Positions 9,656 through 17,284 of a stretch of 25,098 nt of DNA are shown here, piece after piece. How positions within the stretch are numbered: the stretch's first letter is position 1; each line of letters begins with the position of its first letter. Both the position numbers and the translations under genes were made by a program. The stretch comes from Verrucomicrobiota bacterium. GTDB taxonomy: Bacteria; Verrucomicrobiota; Verrucomicrobiia; Limisphaerales; CANJSG01. The notes beneath the pieces were generated by a model. It did not search any database and was not told the origin of the DNA. It saw nothing but the letters and a program-made list of their open reading frames with translations. The DNA is taken from contig JBBQXJ010000071.1 in NCBI GenBank assembly GCA_038209745.1, positions 1 through 25,098 of the forward strand. Direction: 5' to 3'.

Positions 9656-10531
9656 TCACTCCACGTTCTGGGCCTGCTCGCGGAACTTTTCGAGCTCGGT
9701 CTTGAGCACGACCACTTCGCGGGAAATCACCGCGTCGTTCGCCTTGGCGCCGATGGTGTTGATCTCGCGGTTCATCTCCTGTGACAGAAAATCCAGGGTG
9801 CGGCCGACCGCGTCCTTCGAACCGGAGATCGTCTCGAACTGCGCGAAATGGCTCTTCAGCCGGGCCAGCTCCTCGCTGATGTCGGAGCGGTCGGAGTAGT
9901 AGACGATCTCCTTCAACAGCCGCTCGTCGTCCTCCGCCGGCAAAGGCAGCCCCGCCGCCGCGACGCGTTCGCGAAGCTGTTCGCGGAACCGCACCATCAC
10001 CTGCGGAGCCTGGGCCGCGACCCGCGCCACCGCCCCGGACAGCTCCGTGATCCGCGCCCGCAGATCGACGGCGAGATGCGCGCCTTCGCGCTCCCGCATG
10101 GAGACAAGATCCTTCAACGCCGCGGTCAGCGCCGTGCGCACGATCGGCCAGACCGTTTCCGGGTCCTGCGCAGAGGCGGCCACTTCGACAATGCCCGGAA
10201 CGCGCAGGACATGCTCCAGACTGACGGCTCCCAAGTTCAATTCCTTGGCCAATTCTCCCAGCTGCGCCGCGACGGAACGGGCCAATACGGCGTTGATGCG
10301 GGTGGGAGGAACGGACCCGGCACCGCATTCGAGCGCCACCCGGCAAGTGACCCGCCCACGGGACACCACGCGGTTGATCTCCTCGCGGACACGGGATTCG
10401 AGCACATCGAGCTCGCGGGGAAGGCTCAGGGCGATCTCCGATTGCTTGCGGTTCACGGAGCTGGTTTCGACGGTGATTTTGAGCCCCTCTTGGGACGCTT
10501 CACCCCGTCCGTAGCCGGTCATCGACTTCAT
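9656..10531 (-). CDS. yicC: YicC/YloC family endoribonuclease
   Basis: MKSMTGYGRG, SVNRK, DISEELARL, GRTLDFLSQEMNREINTIGAK and REQAQNVE. Conserved position upstream of gmk. Confidence 0.95.
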   Translation of the reverse strand: MKSMTGYGRGEASQEGLKITVETSSVNRKQSEIALSLPRELDVLESRVREEINRVVSRGRVTCRVALECGAGSVPPTRINAVLARSVAAQLGELAKELNLGAVSLEHVLRVPGIVEVAASAQDPETVWPIVRTALTAALKDLVSMREREGAHLAVDLRARITELSGAVARVAAQAPQVMVRFREQLRERVAAAGLPLPAEDDERLLKEIVYYSDRSDISEELARLKSHFAQFETISGSKDAVGRTLDFLSQEMNREINTIGAKANDAVISREVVVLKTELEKFREQAQNVE

Positions 10532-10555
10532 TGAGCGAGGGACTATGCGGAGGGA

Positions 10556-10597
10556 CCCGGTTGGGCGGAAGCCATTTCCCGGCGTCGGCCAACCGGG
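10556..10597. other. Hairpin between the PVC-type protein gene and yicC
   Basis: CCCGGTTGG (10556-10564) pairs with CCAACCGGG (10589-10597), with further imperfect pairing inside. No U-tract. Confidence 0.4.
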
Positions 10598-10610
10598 ACC
10601 GCCAGCCGGC

Positions 10611-13600
10611 CTATTCTCCGCCGCCCAGCATCGCCCGCTTTTCCGGCGTCAACGGGCCTTCCTGCGGCGGCGAGAGAATGAACCAGATCAGGTTCCGGAA
10701 ATCCGCCTCGGGCATCTGCTCCAATCCTTCGGGCATGGCCGAAAGCTGGGTCACGGTCAGGTTCTTCACCTTGGACTTGTCGATCACGGCTTCGCTCGGG
10801 CCGGCCATGACCAGCTTCACGTGGGTCGCGGTGTTTTCGGTCATGCGGCCGCTGAAGACCTGGTCGTCCTTGGTCTCCACTTCGACCTGTTCATAACCGG
10901 CGCCGATGATTTCGTTCGGGTTGATGACGTTGTGCAGCAGGGCATCCAGCGAGCTGCGACCGACCCCGGTCAAGTCGGGCCCGACGTCCCCGCCTTCTCC
11001 GTAGAGCTTGTGGCAGATGAAGCAGTTCCGTTGGGCCACTTCATGGCCGGCCGCGAGGTCGATCGGGCCGGCGACCACGACCTTCCGCTTCGCGGCGATG
11101 AGCTTGAGTTTCTCTTCGCTCGACTGGTTCACGCGGCCGAACAGCTGGATGGCCTTCTGCCGCTCGTTGTCGGCCTTGGAGGTGGCCAACGAGCGGATGA
11201 CGGTCGGCGGAATGTCGCCGCGCTTCACTTCGCCGCGCTCGATGGCGGCGTAGAACGGCCATTTCCAATTGCCGCGCGTGGTGCAGAGCTCGGCCACGGC
11301 GGCGCGGACGGTGGGTGAGAGCGTCGCCCACTTGGCCAGCAACTGCTGCGCGGTGTCGTCCTCGCCCACGTCCGCCATTCCGCGCACCGCTTCCACCTTG
11401 AGCGTCTCAGAAGCGTTCCCGCTGAATACGCCCAGCAACGCGGCGCGCGTCTCATCCGTCTTCAACCGCCGCGCGGTGCGGATGGCCGCGATGCGATCGG
11501 CTTCGCTGGCGGACGCATCCGTGATGCGGGCCAAGCTGGCCCGAACCGCCGAAGCGTCGCCCCAGAGCGAACCCACTTCCTGGGCGGCCTTGGCCAGTTC
11601 GGGATTGGAGGACTGGGCCAGCCGCGAAACGACCGCGATCGCCCCGGTGTTCGGCACCAAGATTTTCCCGCGCTGTCCGTCGAGCAACCCTTGCAGGCCC
11701 GCGATGAGAGTCGAAGCCGCCGACTCGGGAATCCCACCGAACTCGATGACCGAGCGGCTCAACGTGTCTTCATCCCGCAGATCGCAGACGCGGTGCATGA
11801 TCTTGGTGAGCAGCTTGGCGGAGAACGGTTGTTCCTTCACTGCGCCATCCCGTTTGTAGGCGCCGATCCCATGGACCGGATCGAAGGCGATGATCGGTTC
11901 CAAGGCCATCCAGTAGAGAAAATCGAGAACCGGATCGTTCTCTTCCTTGGTCCGATCCTGGTGACCGACGAAGAGCGCGCTCAAAATCGGTCCGGTGACG
12001 ACTTCAGGGATCGGCACCTTCGGCGGCGTGTCGATGGTGAGAGCACCGGAGACAAACTGCCGAGCCGCGACCGTCACCCCCAGCCGAACACCCGGATCCG
12101 GATCCTTGGCCAAGGTCGACAACCGCTGCATCGCATCGCCCAGAGGAAGCCCCCGCTCGCCGGTCAAACGGGCCGCCCAGGTGCGGAGGCCCGGGGCCTT
12201 GTCTTCCGCGGCCTTGTCCAAGTCGCCGTCGTTCAGGAACTGCATTCCATGCAGGGTCCAAAGCGCGGCCAATCGTGCGTCGGGATTGGGACCTTCCTCG
12301 AACATCTTGTGCAGCGACGTTTCCGGATGGAGGGATCGGGAACCGAATGCGCCGGGGCCGCGCTCGGTCAACAACCGCTGGGCCATGCGGCGCTGCCACA
12401 CATTGTCGTTGGCCAATTGCTGGACCAATTGATCGGTCGAAAGCTTCGCCAGATCCATGTCCACCGACGGACGGCTGGGCACGGGCTTTCCAGTTTCCTT
12501 GCCCGTGTAGACCACGCGCCAGATGCGGCCGAGTTCGCGGTCGACGCCTTCGGGATCGGCCACGGCGTTCTGGTAGCAGGGATAGCGGTCATACCAGTCG
12601 CTGATCCAGACGGCGCCGTCGGGCCCGACCCGTTGCATGGTGGGCCGGAACCAACCGTCGTTGGCCCGGACGAGGTCCTTCCACTCCGAAGCCACGAAGC
12701 TCGAACCCTTCGGCGTCAACTTGTCGGCGTGGACCGAGTTGTCGTGGATGTTGCCCATCAGCGCGCGCCCGCTCCATTCGGCCGGAAACTGGTTTCCCTG
12801 ATAGATCTGCACCCCGCAATAGGCGGCCATCTTGTGCCGGTGATCGACGATCGAGGGCAGCAGCTCGTAGGCATACGGGAAGTTCGGCTGGCCCGCCTGC
12901 CGCGCATACAGACCGCCGGGGACCAGATGGAAGAAGTGGTCGATGACGCAGGCGCTGACGAAGGCGTTGCCGCGCGCGTCGAAGTCCACGCCCCAGGGAT
13001 TGCTCGTGCCGTCGGCGAAGACCTCGAACTTCTTCGTCCGCGTGTTCAGCCGGGCCACGGCGGCGTTCATCAAGACGCCGTCGTCGTCGGGGTCGTTCGG
13101 GTTCTTCACCGTCGAGTAGGTGAAGACGCCGTGGGTCATGTAGAGATCGCCCTCCGGTCCCCAGGTGAAGCCGTTCAACAGCTCGTGCCGGTCCTCGCTG
13201 CCGAAACCGGTCTTGAACACTTCGCGCTTGTCCGCCCGGTCGTCGCCATCGGTGTCGGAAAGGAACAGCAGGTCGGGCGCTTGGCCGACGTAGGCCCCGC
13301 CATCGCCGAGCAGCAGCCCGGTGGCGAGGCTCAGACCGTCCGCCCAGACGTGGACCTTGTCCGCGACGCCGTCGCCGTCCGTGTCTTCCAGGATCTTGAT
13401 GCGGTCGCGGCCCTTGGTCCCGGGCGCGGCGCCTTTGGGATATTCATAGAGCTCCAAGACCCACAGCCGGCCGCGCGCGTCCCAGGACATGGCGACGGGA
13501 TTCACCACCATCGGTTCAGCGGCGAAGATCCGGATCTCGAACCCTTCGGGCAGCGTGAACTTCTTCTGCGCCTCGGCTGGTGCCAGCGCGGGGGTCGAAG

Positions 13601-13757
13601 CCGGCGCGTGCTGGCCGCTGATCTGCCGGCCGATCGGCGCGTTGGTGTAGACCGGAAAATCGTAGCTGCGGGCGCGGAAGTCCGGCGTGGCGGCGGCGGC
13701 GAGGCTGGCGGCGAGACATCCACCGGCAAACAGGATGGGGCGAAGATCGGGCTTCAT
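10611..13757 (-). CDS. PVC-type heme-binding CxxCH protein (membrane-bound dehydrogenase-like beta-propeller, HEAT repeats, C-terminal c-type cytochrome)
   Basis: Signal peptide from ATG 13757 (MKPDLRPILFAGGCLAASLAAA). FTLPEGFEIRIFAAEPMVVNPVAMSWDARGRLWV, EDTDGDGVAD, NPWG, ISDWYD, HEAT-like repeats, CFICH..GGDVGPDLTG and SAMPEGL. Confidence 0.93.
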   Translation of the reverse strand: MKPDLRPILFAGGCLAASLAAAATPDFRARSYDFPVYTNAPIGRQISGQHAPASTPALAPAEAQKKFTLPEGFEIRIFAAEPMVVNPVAMSWDARGRLWVLELYEYPKGAAPGTKGRDRIKILEDTDGDGVADKVHVWADGLSLATGLLLGDGGAYVGQAPDLLFLSDTDGDDRADKREVFKTGFGSEDRHELLNGFTWGPEGDLYMTHGVFTYSTVKNPNDPDDDGVLMNAAVARLNTRTKKFEVFADGTSNPWGVDFDARGNAFVSACVIDHFFHLVPGGLYARQAGQPNFPYAYELLPSIVDHRHKMAAYCGVQIYQGNQFPAEWSGRALMGNIHDNSVHADKLTPKGSSFVASEWKDLVRANDGWFRPTMQRVGPDGAVWISDWYDRYPCYQNAVADPEGVDRELGRIWRVVYTGKETGKPVPSRPSVDMDLAKLSTDQLVQQLANDNVWQRRMAQRLLTERGPGAFGSRSLHPETSLHKMFEEGPNPDARLAALWTLHGMQFLNDGDLDKAAEDKAPGLRTWAARLTGERGLPLGDAMQRLSTLAKDPDPGVRLGVTVAARQFVSGALTIDTPPKVPIPEVVTGPILSALFVGHQDRTKEENDPVLDFLYWMALEPIIAFDPVHGIGAYKRDGAVKEQPFSAKLLTKIMHRVCDLRDEDTLSRSVIEFGGIPESAASTLIAGLQGLLDGQRGKILVPNTGAIAVVSRLAQSSNPELAKAAQEVGSLWGDASAVRASLARITDASASEADRIAAIRTARRLKTDETRAALLGVFSGNASETLKVEAVRGMADVGEDDTAQQLLAKWATLSPTVRAAVAELCTTRGNWKWPFYAAIERGEVKRGDIPPTVIRSLATSKADNERQKAIQLFGRVNQSSEEKLKLIAAKRKVVVAGPIDLAAGHEVAQRNCFICHKLYGEGGDVGPDLTGVGRSSLDALLHNVINPNEIIGAGYEQVEVETKDDQVFSGRMTENTATHVKLVMAGPSEAVIDKSKVKNLTVTQLSAMPEGLEQMPEADFRNLIWFILSPPQEGPLTPEKRAMLGGGE

Positions 13758-13824
13758 ATAGGTCAGGGCGTTGGCCGATTGGAACGGGAGAACGGCCGAG
13801 ACGCAATGAGCGGATGGGGCAATT

Positions 13825-13978
13825 GGTAGGGCTACGGCTCCCGCCGAGCCGCCTTGGTTCGAGCGGAGAGAGGCGGCCGGAGGGAGCATTTCGGCCAATC
13901 GTGCGTCTCGTGAGAAGATCGCTCCGCTCGCACCGCCTGCGGCGGTAGATGGGGACGCCTCGGCGTGGCGTCCCTGCC
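13825..13978. repeat. Two inward-facing REP-like hairpins in the leuS / CxxCH-gene intergenic region
   Basis: 13825-13851 GGTAGGGCTA-CGGCTC-ccgcc-GAGCCG on +. 13952-13978 reads on - as GGCA-GGGACGCC-acgccga-GGCGTCCC (perfect 8-bp stem). Confidence 0.65.
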
Positions 13979-13985
13979 GGGGCTG

Positions 13986-16943
13986 CTACCCCACCACGAT
14001 GTTCACCAGCTTCTTGGGCACGATGATGATCTTCTTCACCGTCTTGCCTTCGAGGAATTGCTGCGCTTTCTCGGACTTCAGCACCATCTGCTCGATCGTC
14101 TCTTTCGAGGCATCGACCTGGATGCGGATGACGTCGCGGAGCTTGCCGTTCACCTGCACGGGAAACTCGATCTCGGTCTCGACCAGCCGCGCGGGATCGA
14201 ACGTCGGCCACGGGGCGTAGCTCAATGACACATTTTGAATTCCAAATTTTGTATTGGTCTTCGCCCAAAGCTCCTCCGCGAGATGCGGCGAGAAGGGCGC
14301 GAGCAGCTGCACGAAGGTGCGGTAGACGCTGGCGGGCTTCACCTCCCAGCCCATGGCGTCGTTGATGAAGACCATCATGGAGGAGATGGCGGTGTTGAAG
14401 CGCAGGCCTTCCAGATCCTCCGTCACCTTCTTGATGCAGGTGTGGAGGGTCTTGAGCTGCGCGGGCGTGGCGGGAACGTCCTGGATCGCGGCGGAGAGCT
14501 GGATCTGGCCAAGGAACGTCGCGCTGTCGCCGTGGGCGGCGGCGGCCTGTTCGTAATCGGTCTCGCTGGCTTCGTCGACGAAGGCGCGCCAGACGCGGCC
14601 GAGGAAACGGTAGACGCCTTCGACGCCCTGGGTGTTCCAGGGTTTGGTGTCCTGGAGCGGGCCCATGAACATCTCGTAGAGGCGGAAGGCATCGGCGCCG
14701 AACTCGCCGATCACGTCGTCGGGGTTGACCACGTTGCCGCGGCTCTTGGACATCTTCTGGCCGTCGGAGCCGAGGATCAGGCCCTGGTTGACCAGCTTGT
14801 AGAACGGTTCGGCGGTGGAGACGTGGCCGAGGTCGAAGAGGACCTTGTGCCAGAACCGCGCGTAGAGCAGGTGCAGCACGGCGTGCTCGGTGCCACCGAC
14901 GTAGAGATCGACACCGGGCGTTGTGCCGGAGTTTTCGGTTTTCAGGGTCGAGTGTTCAGACTGACCACTGGCCACTGACGACCGGGCACTCGCCGCCGTT
15001 CCCATCCAGTAGCTCTCGACGTCCTTGCCGACGAAGCCGGCGGCGTTCTTCGCGTCGAGGTAGCGGAGGTAATACCAACAGGAACCGGCCCACTGCGGCA
15101 TAGTGTTGGTCTCGCGGATGGAGCCGTCGAGCAAGTGCAGCCACTCCTTGGCCCGGGCCAAGGGCGGCTGGCCGTCGGCGGTCGGCTTGTAGTCCTCCAA
15201 GGTCGGCGGGAGGAGGGGCAAGGCGCTCTCGGGCAGGGCCTCGTGGTAGAGCTGCCCGTCAGCGCCCTTCTTCCAAATGATGGGGAACGGTTCGCCCCAA
15301 TACCGCTGCCGGCTGAAGAGCCAGTCGCGCAGCTTGAAATTGACCGTCTTCTGACCAAGGCCCTTGGACTCCAGCCACGCGGTGATTTTAGCTTTGGCTT
15401 CGGCGGTGGGGAGGCCGTTGATGTCCGGAGGCGAGAAGTCCCAGGGCAACCGCTGTTGATCCTTCGGCAGATTCATGTCTTCCAATCGCCAGCCGTGGGA
15501 TGGGGACTCGAATGCGACGCCCTCTTCGCAGAATGGGGCTTCCAAGGGACCGATCGCACCGCCCTTGAGGTCTTTGGGAATGACAACTTGATTGATCGGT
15601 AGATTGAACTTCTTGGCGAACTCGAAATCCCGCTCGTCGTGCGCGGGCACGGCCATGATTGCGCCGGTGCCGTAGGTCGCGAGGACGTAGTCGGCGATCC
15701 AGATGGGGATCTTCTCGCCGTTGACCGGATTGATGGCGTAGGCGCCGGTGAAGACGCCGGACTTTTCCTTGGCCAGTTCGGTGCGCTCCAAGTCGGACTT
15801 GGTAGTGGCGAATTCCTGATACTTCTTCACCGCCTCCGCCTGCTCGGGCGTCGTGATCTGAGCGAGCAGCTTGTGTTCGGGCGACAGGACCATGTAGGTC
15901 GCTCCGAAGAGCGTGTCAGGTCGCGTAGTGAACACGCGGATCTTGGCAGCGTGTCCATCCAGCTTGAAATCAACCTCTGCGCCCTCTGACCTTCCGATCC
16001 AGTTCCGCTGCATTTCCTTCAGCGAATCGGACCAGTCGATGGTGTCGAGATCGGCCAGCAGGCGCTCGGCGAAGGCGGTGATGCGGAGCATCCATTGGCG
16101 CATCGGCTTGCGGATGACGGGGAAGCCGCCGACCTCGCTCTTGCCGTCGATGACTTCCTCGTTGGCCAAGACGGTGCCCAGCTCAGGGCACCAGTTGACC
16201 GGGGCTTCGCTGACGAAGGCGAGGCGCTTGGAGTCCACGTAGGCGCGGCGTTTGGCTTCCAACTCGGGAGGGCAGCAGGCGGGGGCGCCTGCTGGACTGG
16301 TCACAGGCGGGGGCGCCTGTGCCACTACCACTCCCGTTACGCCTTCCGGCCAGGCCAGCGCGTCGGGATACTTCAGCGTGCTGATCGGCTCGGCCTTGTT
16401 GGTCTCGGGGTTGAACCAGCTGTTGTAGATCTGGAGGAAGATCCACTGGGTCCACTTGAAATACCCGGGGTCGGTGGTGGCGACTTCGCGGGACCAATCG
16501 TAGCTGAAGCCGAGGCTTTTGATCTGCCGGGTGAAGTTCGCGATGTTCGCCTCGGTGGTCACGCGGGGGTGCTGGCCGGTCTTGACCGCGTATTGCTCGG
16601 CGGGCAGGCCGAAGGAATCCCAGCCCATCGGATGCAGGACGTTCCTGCCCTGCGACCGGCGGTAGCGGGCGAGGATGTCCGTGGCGGTGTAGCCCTCGGG
16701 ATGGCCCACGTGCAGGCCGGCGCCGGAGGGATAGGGGAACATGTCGAGGATGTAGAACTTCCCCGGAGCCTGGCCGGCGGCGATCTTCTCGGGGCTCATC
16801 GCGTCGGCGCCGTGGCGTTGGGCGAAGGGATGGCTGGCGGGCACGGCGTCGGACGGATTCCAGGCGCGGAAGGTCTGTTCCGCGTCCCAGTGCTGCTGCC
16901 ACTTGGGTTCGATGAGATGAAAGGGATACTGCCGGCGCGACAT
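13986..16943 (-). CDS. leuS: Leucyl-tRNA synthetase (985 aa, with several insertions)
   Basis: [14 protein letters not shown] (HIGH), editing domain FTTRPDT and [59 protein letters not shown]. Start ATG 16943 (MSRRQYPF). Confidence 0.98.
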   Translation of the reverse strand: MSRRQYPFHLIEPKWQQHWDAEQTFRAWNPSDAVPASHPFAQRHGADAMSPEKIAAGQAPGKFYILDMFPYPSGAGLHVGHPEGYTATDILARYRRSQGRNVLHPMGWDSFGLPAEQYAVKTGQHPRVTTEANIANFTRQIKSLGFSYDWSREVATTDPGYFKWTQWIFLQIYNSWFNPETNKAEPISTLKYPDALAWPEGVTGVVVAQAPPPVTSPAGAPACCPPELEAKRRAYVDSKRLAFVSEAPVNWCPELGTVLANEEVIDGKSEVGGFPVIRKPMRQWMLRITAFAERLLADLDTIDWSDSLKEMQRNWIGRSEGAEVDFKLDGHAAKIRVFTTRPDTLFGATYMVLSPEHKLLAQITTPEQAEAVKKYQEFATTKSDLERTELAKEKSGVFTGAYAINPVNGEKIPIWIADYVLATYGTGAIMAVPAHDERDFEFAKKFNLPINQVVIPKDLKGGAIGPLEAPFCEEGVAFESPSHGWRLEDMNLPKDQQRLPWDFSPPDINGLPTAEAKAKITAWLESKGLGQKTVNFKLRDWLFSRQRYWGEPFPIIWKKGADGQLYHEALPESALPLLPPTLEDYKPTADGQPPLARAKEWLHLLDGSIRETNTMPQWAGSCWYYLRYLDAKNAAGFVGKDVESYWMGTAASARSSVASGQSEHSTLKTENSGTTPGVDLYVGGTEHAVLHLLYARFWHKVLFDLGHVSTAEPFYKLVNQGLILGSDGQKMSKSRGNVVNPDDVIGEFGADAFRLYEMFMGPLQDTKPWNTQGVEGVYRFLGRVWRAFVDEASETDYEQAAAAHGDSATFLGQIQLSAAIQDVPATPAQLKTLHTCIKKVTEDLEGLRFNTAISSMMVFINDAMGWEVKPASVYRTFVQLLAPFSPHLAEELWAKTNTKFGIQNVSLSYAPWPTFDPARLVETEIEFPVQVNGKLRDVIRIQVDASKETIEQMVLKSEKAQQFLEGKTVKKIIIVPKKLVNIVVG
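14232..14255. repeat. AT-rich heptamer array inside leuS
   Basis: ATTTTGA ATTCCAA ATTTTGT ATT, an abrupt AT-rich patch in a GC-rich gene. Confidence 0.5.
14931..14990. repeat. Opposed heptamer arrays inside leuS
   Basis: GTTTTCG GTTTTCA GGGTCGA GTGTTCA (14931-14958) then ACTGACC ACTGGCC ACTGACG ACCGGGC ACT (14960-14990). Confidence 0.75.
16273..16328. repeat. REP-like palindrome doublet inside leuS
   Basis: CAGCAGGCG-gggg-CGCCTGCTG (16273-16294) and CACAGGCG-gggg-CGCCTGTG (16302-16321), followed by CCACTAC (a GTAG head on the - strand). Confidence 0.85.
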
Positions 16944-16953
16944 AAGGCCGGGC

Positions 16954-16981
16954 ATCATGGGAAAGCGGCTTTTCAAGGCAA
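16954..16981 (-). promoter_or_regulatory. Possible sigma70-type promoter immediately upstream of leuS
   Basis: On the - strand TTGCCT-16 nt-CATGAT, ending 10 nt before the ATG. No Shine-Dalgarno visible. Pattern match only. Confidence 0.3.
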
Positions 16982-17028
16982 TCGCGGAGTTCAACGGCGG
17001 AGTGATTCGGCCGGGAGCAAACCATTGC

Positions 17029-17192
17029 TTTGGCCAGGAGACCGCAGAGAAAGCAGAGGAAGACAGACAGGCTTTTCGTGAGCCATCCGTCATGGAGGGG
17101 CATTCCCCGACCAACGGCTTACGGCCTGCCGTGCGACGACGGCATGTTTTTCCGGCCCGGCGCCCTGCTTCCTCTGTTTGCTCCGGTTCGAA
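17029..17192. repeat. Inverted pair of degenerate 9-nt-unit (CAGAG-type) repeats in the divergent leuS / repeat-protein intergenic region
   Basis: 17029-17058 TTTGGCCAGGAGACCGCAGAGAAAGCAGAG versus the reverse complement of 17163-17192 TTCGAACCGGAGCAAACAGAGGAAGCAGGG (20/30). The latter matches the 4297-4326 arm at 23/30. Confidence 0.6.
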
Positions 17193-17284
17193 GGAATTGT
17201 GGCCGGAGGTTTTTCGGACAATTTACATTTTGACGGGATGCGTTCGCACACATTCTCCGTCCAACGGTCTCAAGGATAAGTGCC

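Noticed and set aside
11691..13829. 712-aa ORF on +
   Set aside because: Antisense shadow of the CxxCH protein gene. No motifs, and long stop-free antisense frames are expected at high GC3.
13758..13898. Extended start of the CxxCH protein at 13898
   Set aside because: Runs through a REP hairpin. The signal peptide begins at ATG 13757.
16944..17284. T-box riboswitch upstream of leuS, and extended leuS start at 17114
   Set aside because: No T-box motif or terminator is visible. The region holds repeat arms, and the N-terminal extension is non-homologous and runs through the repeat.
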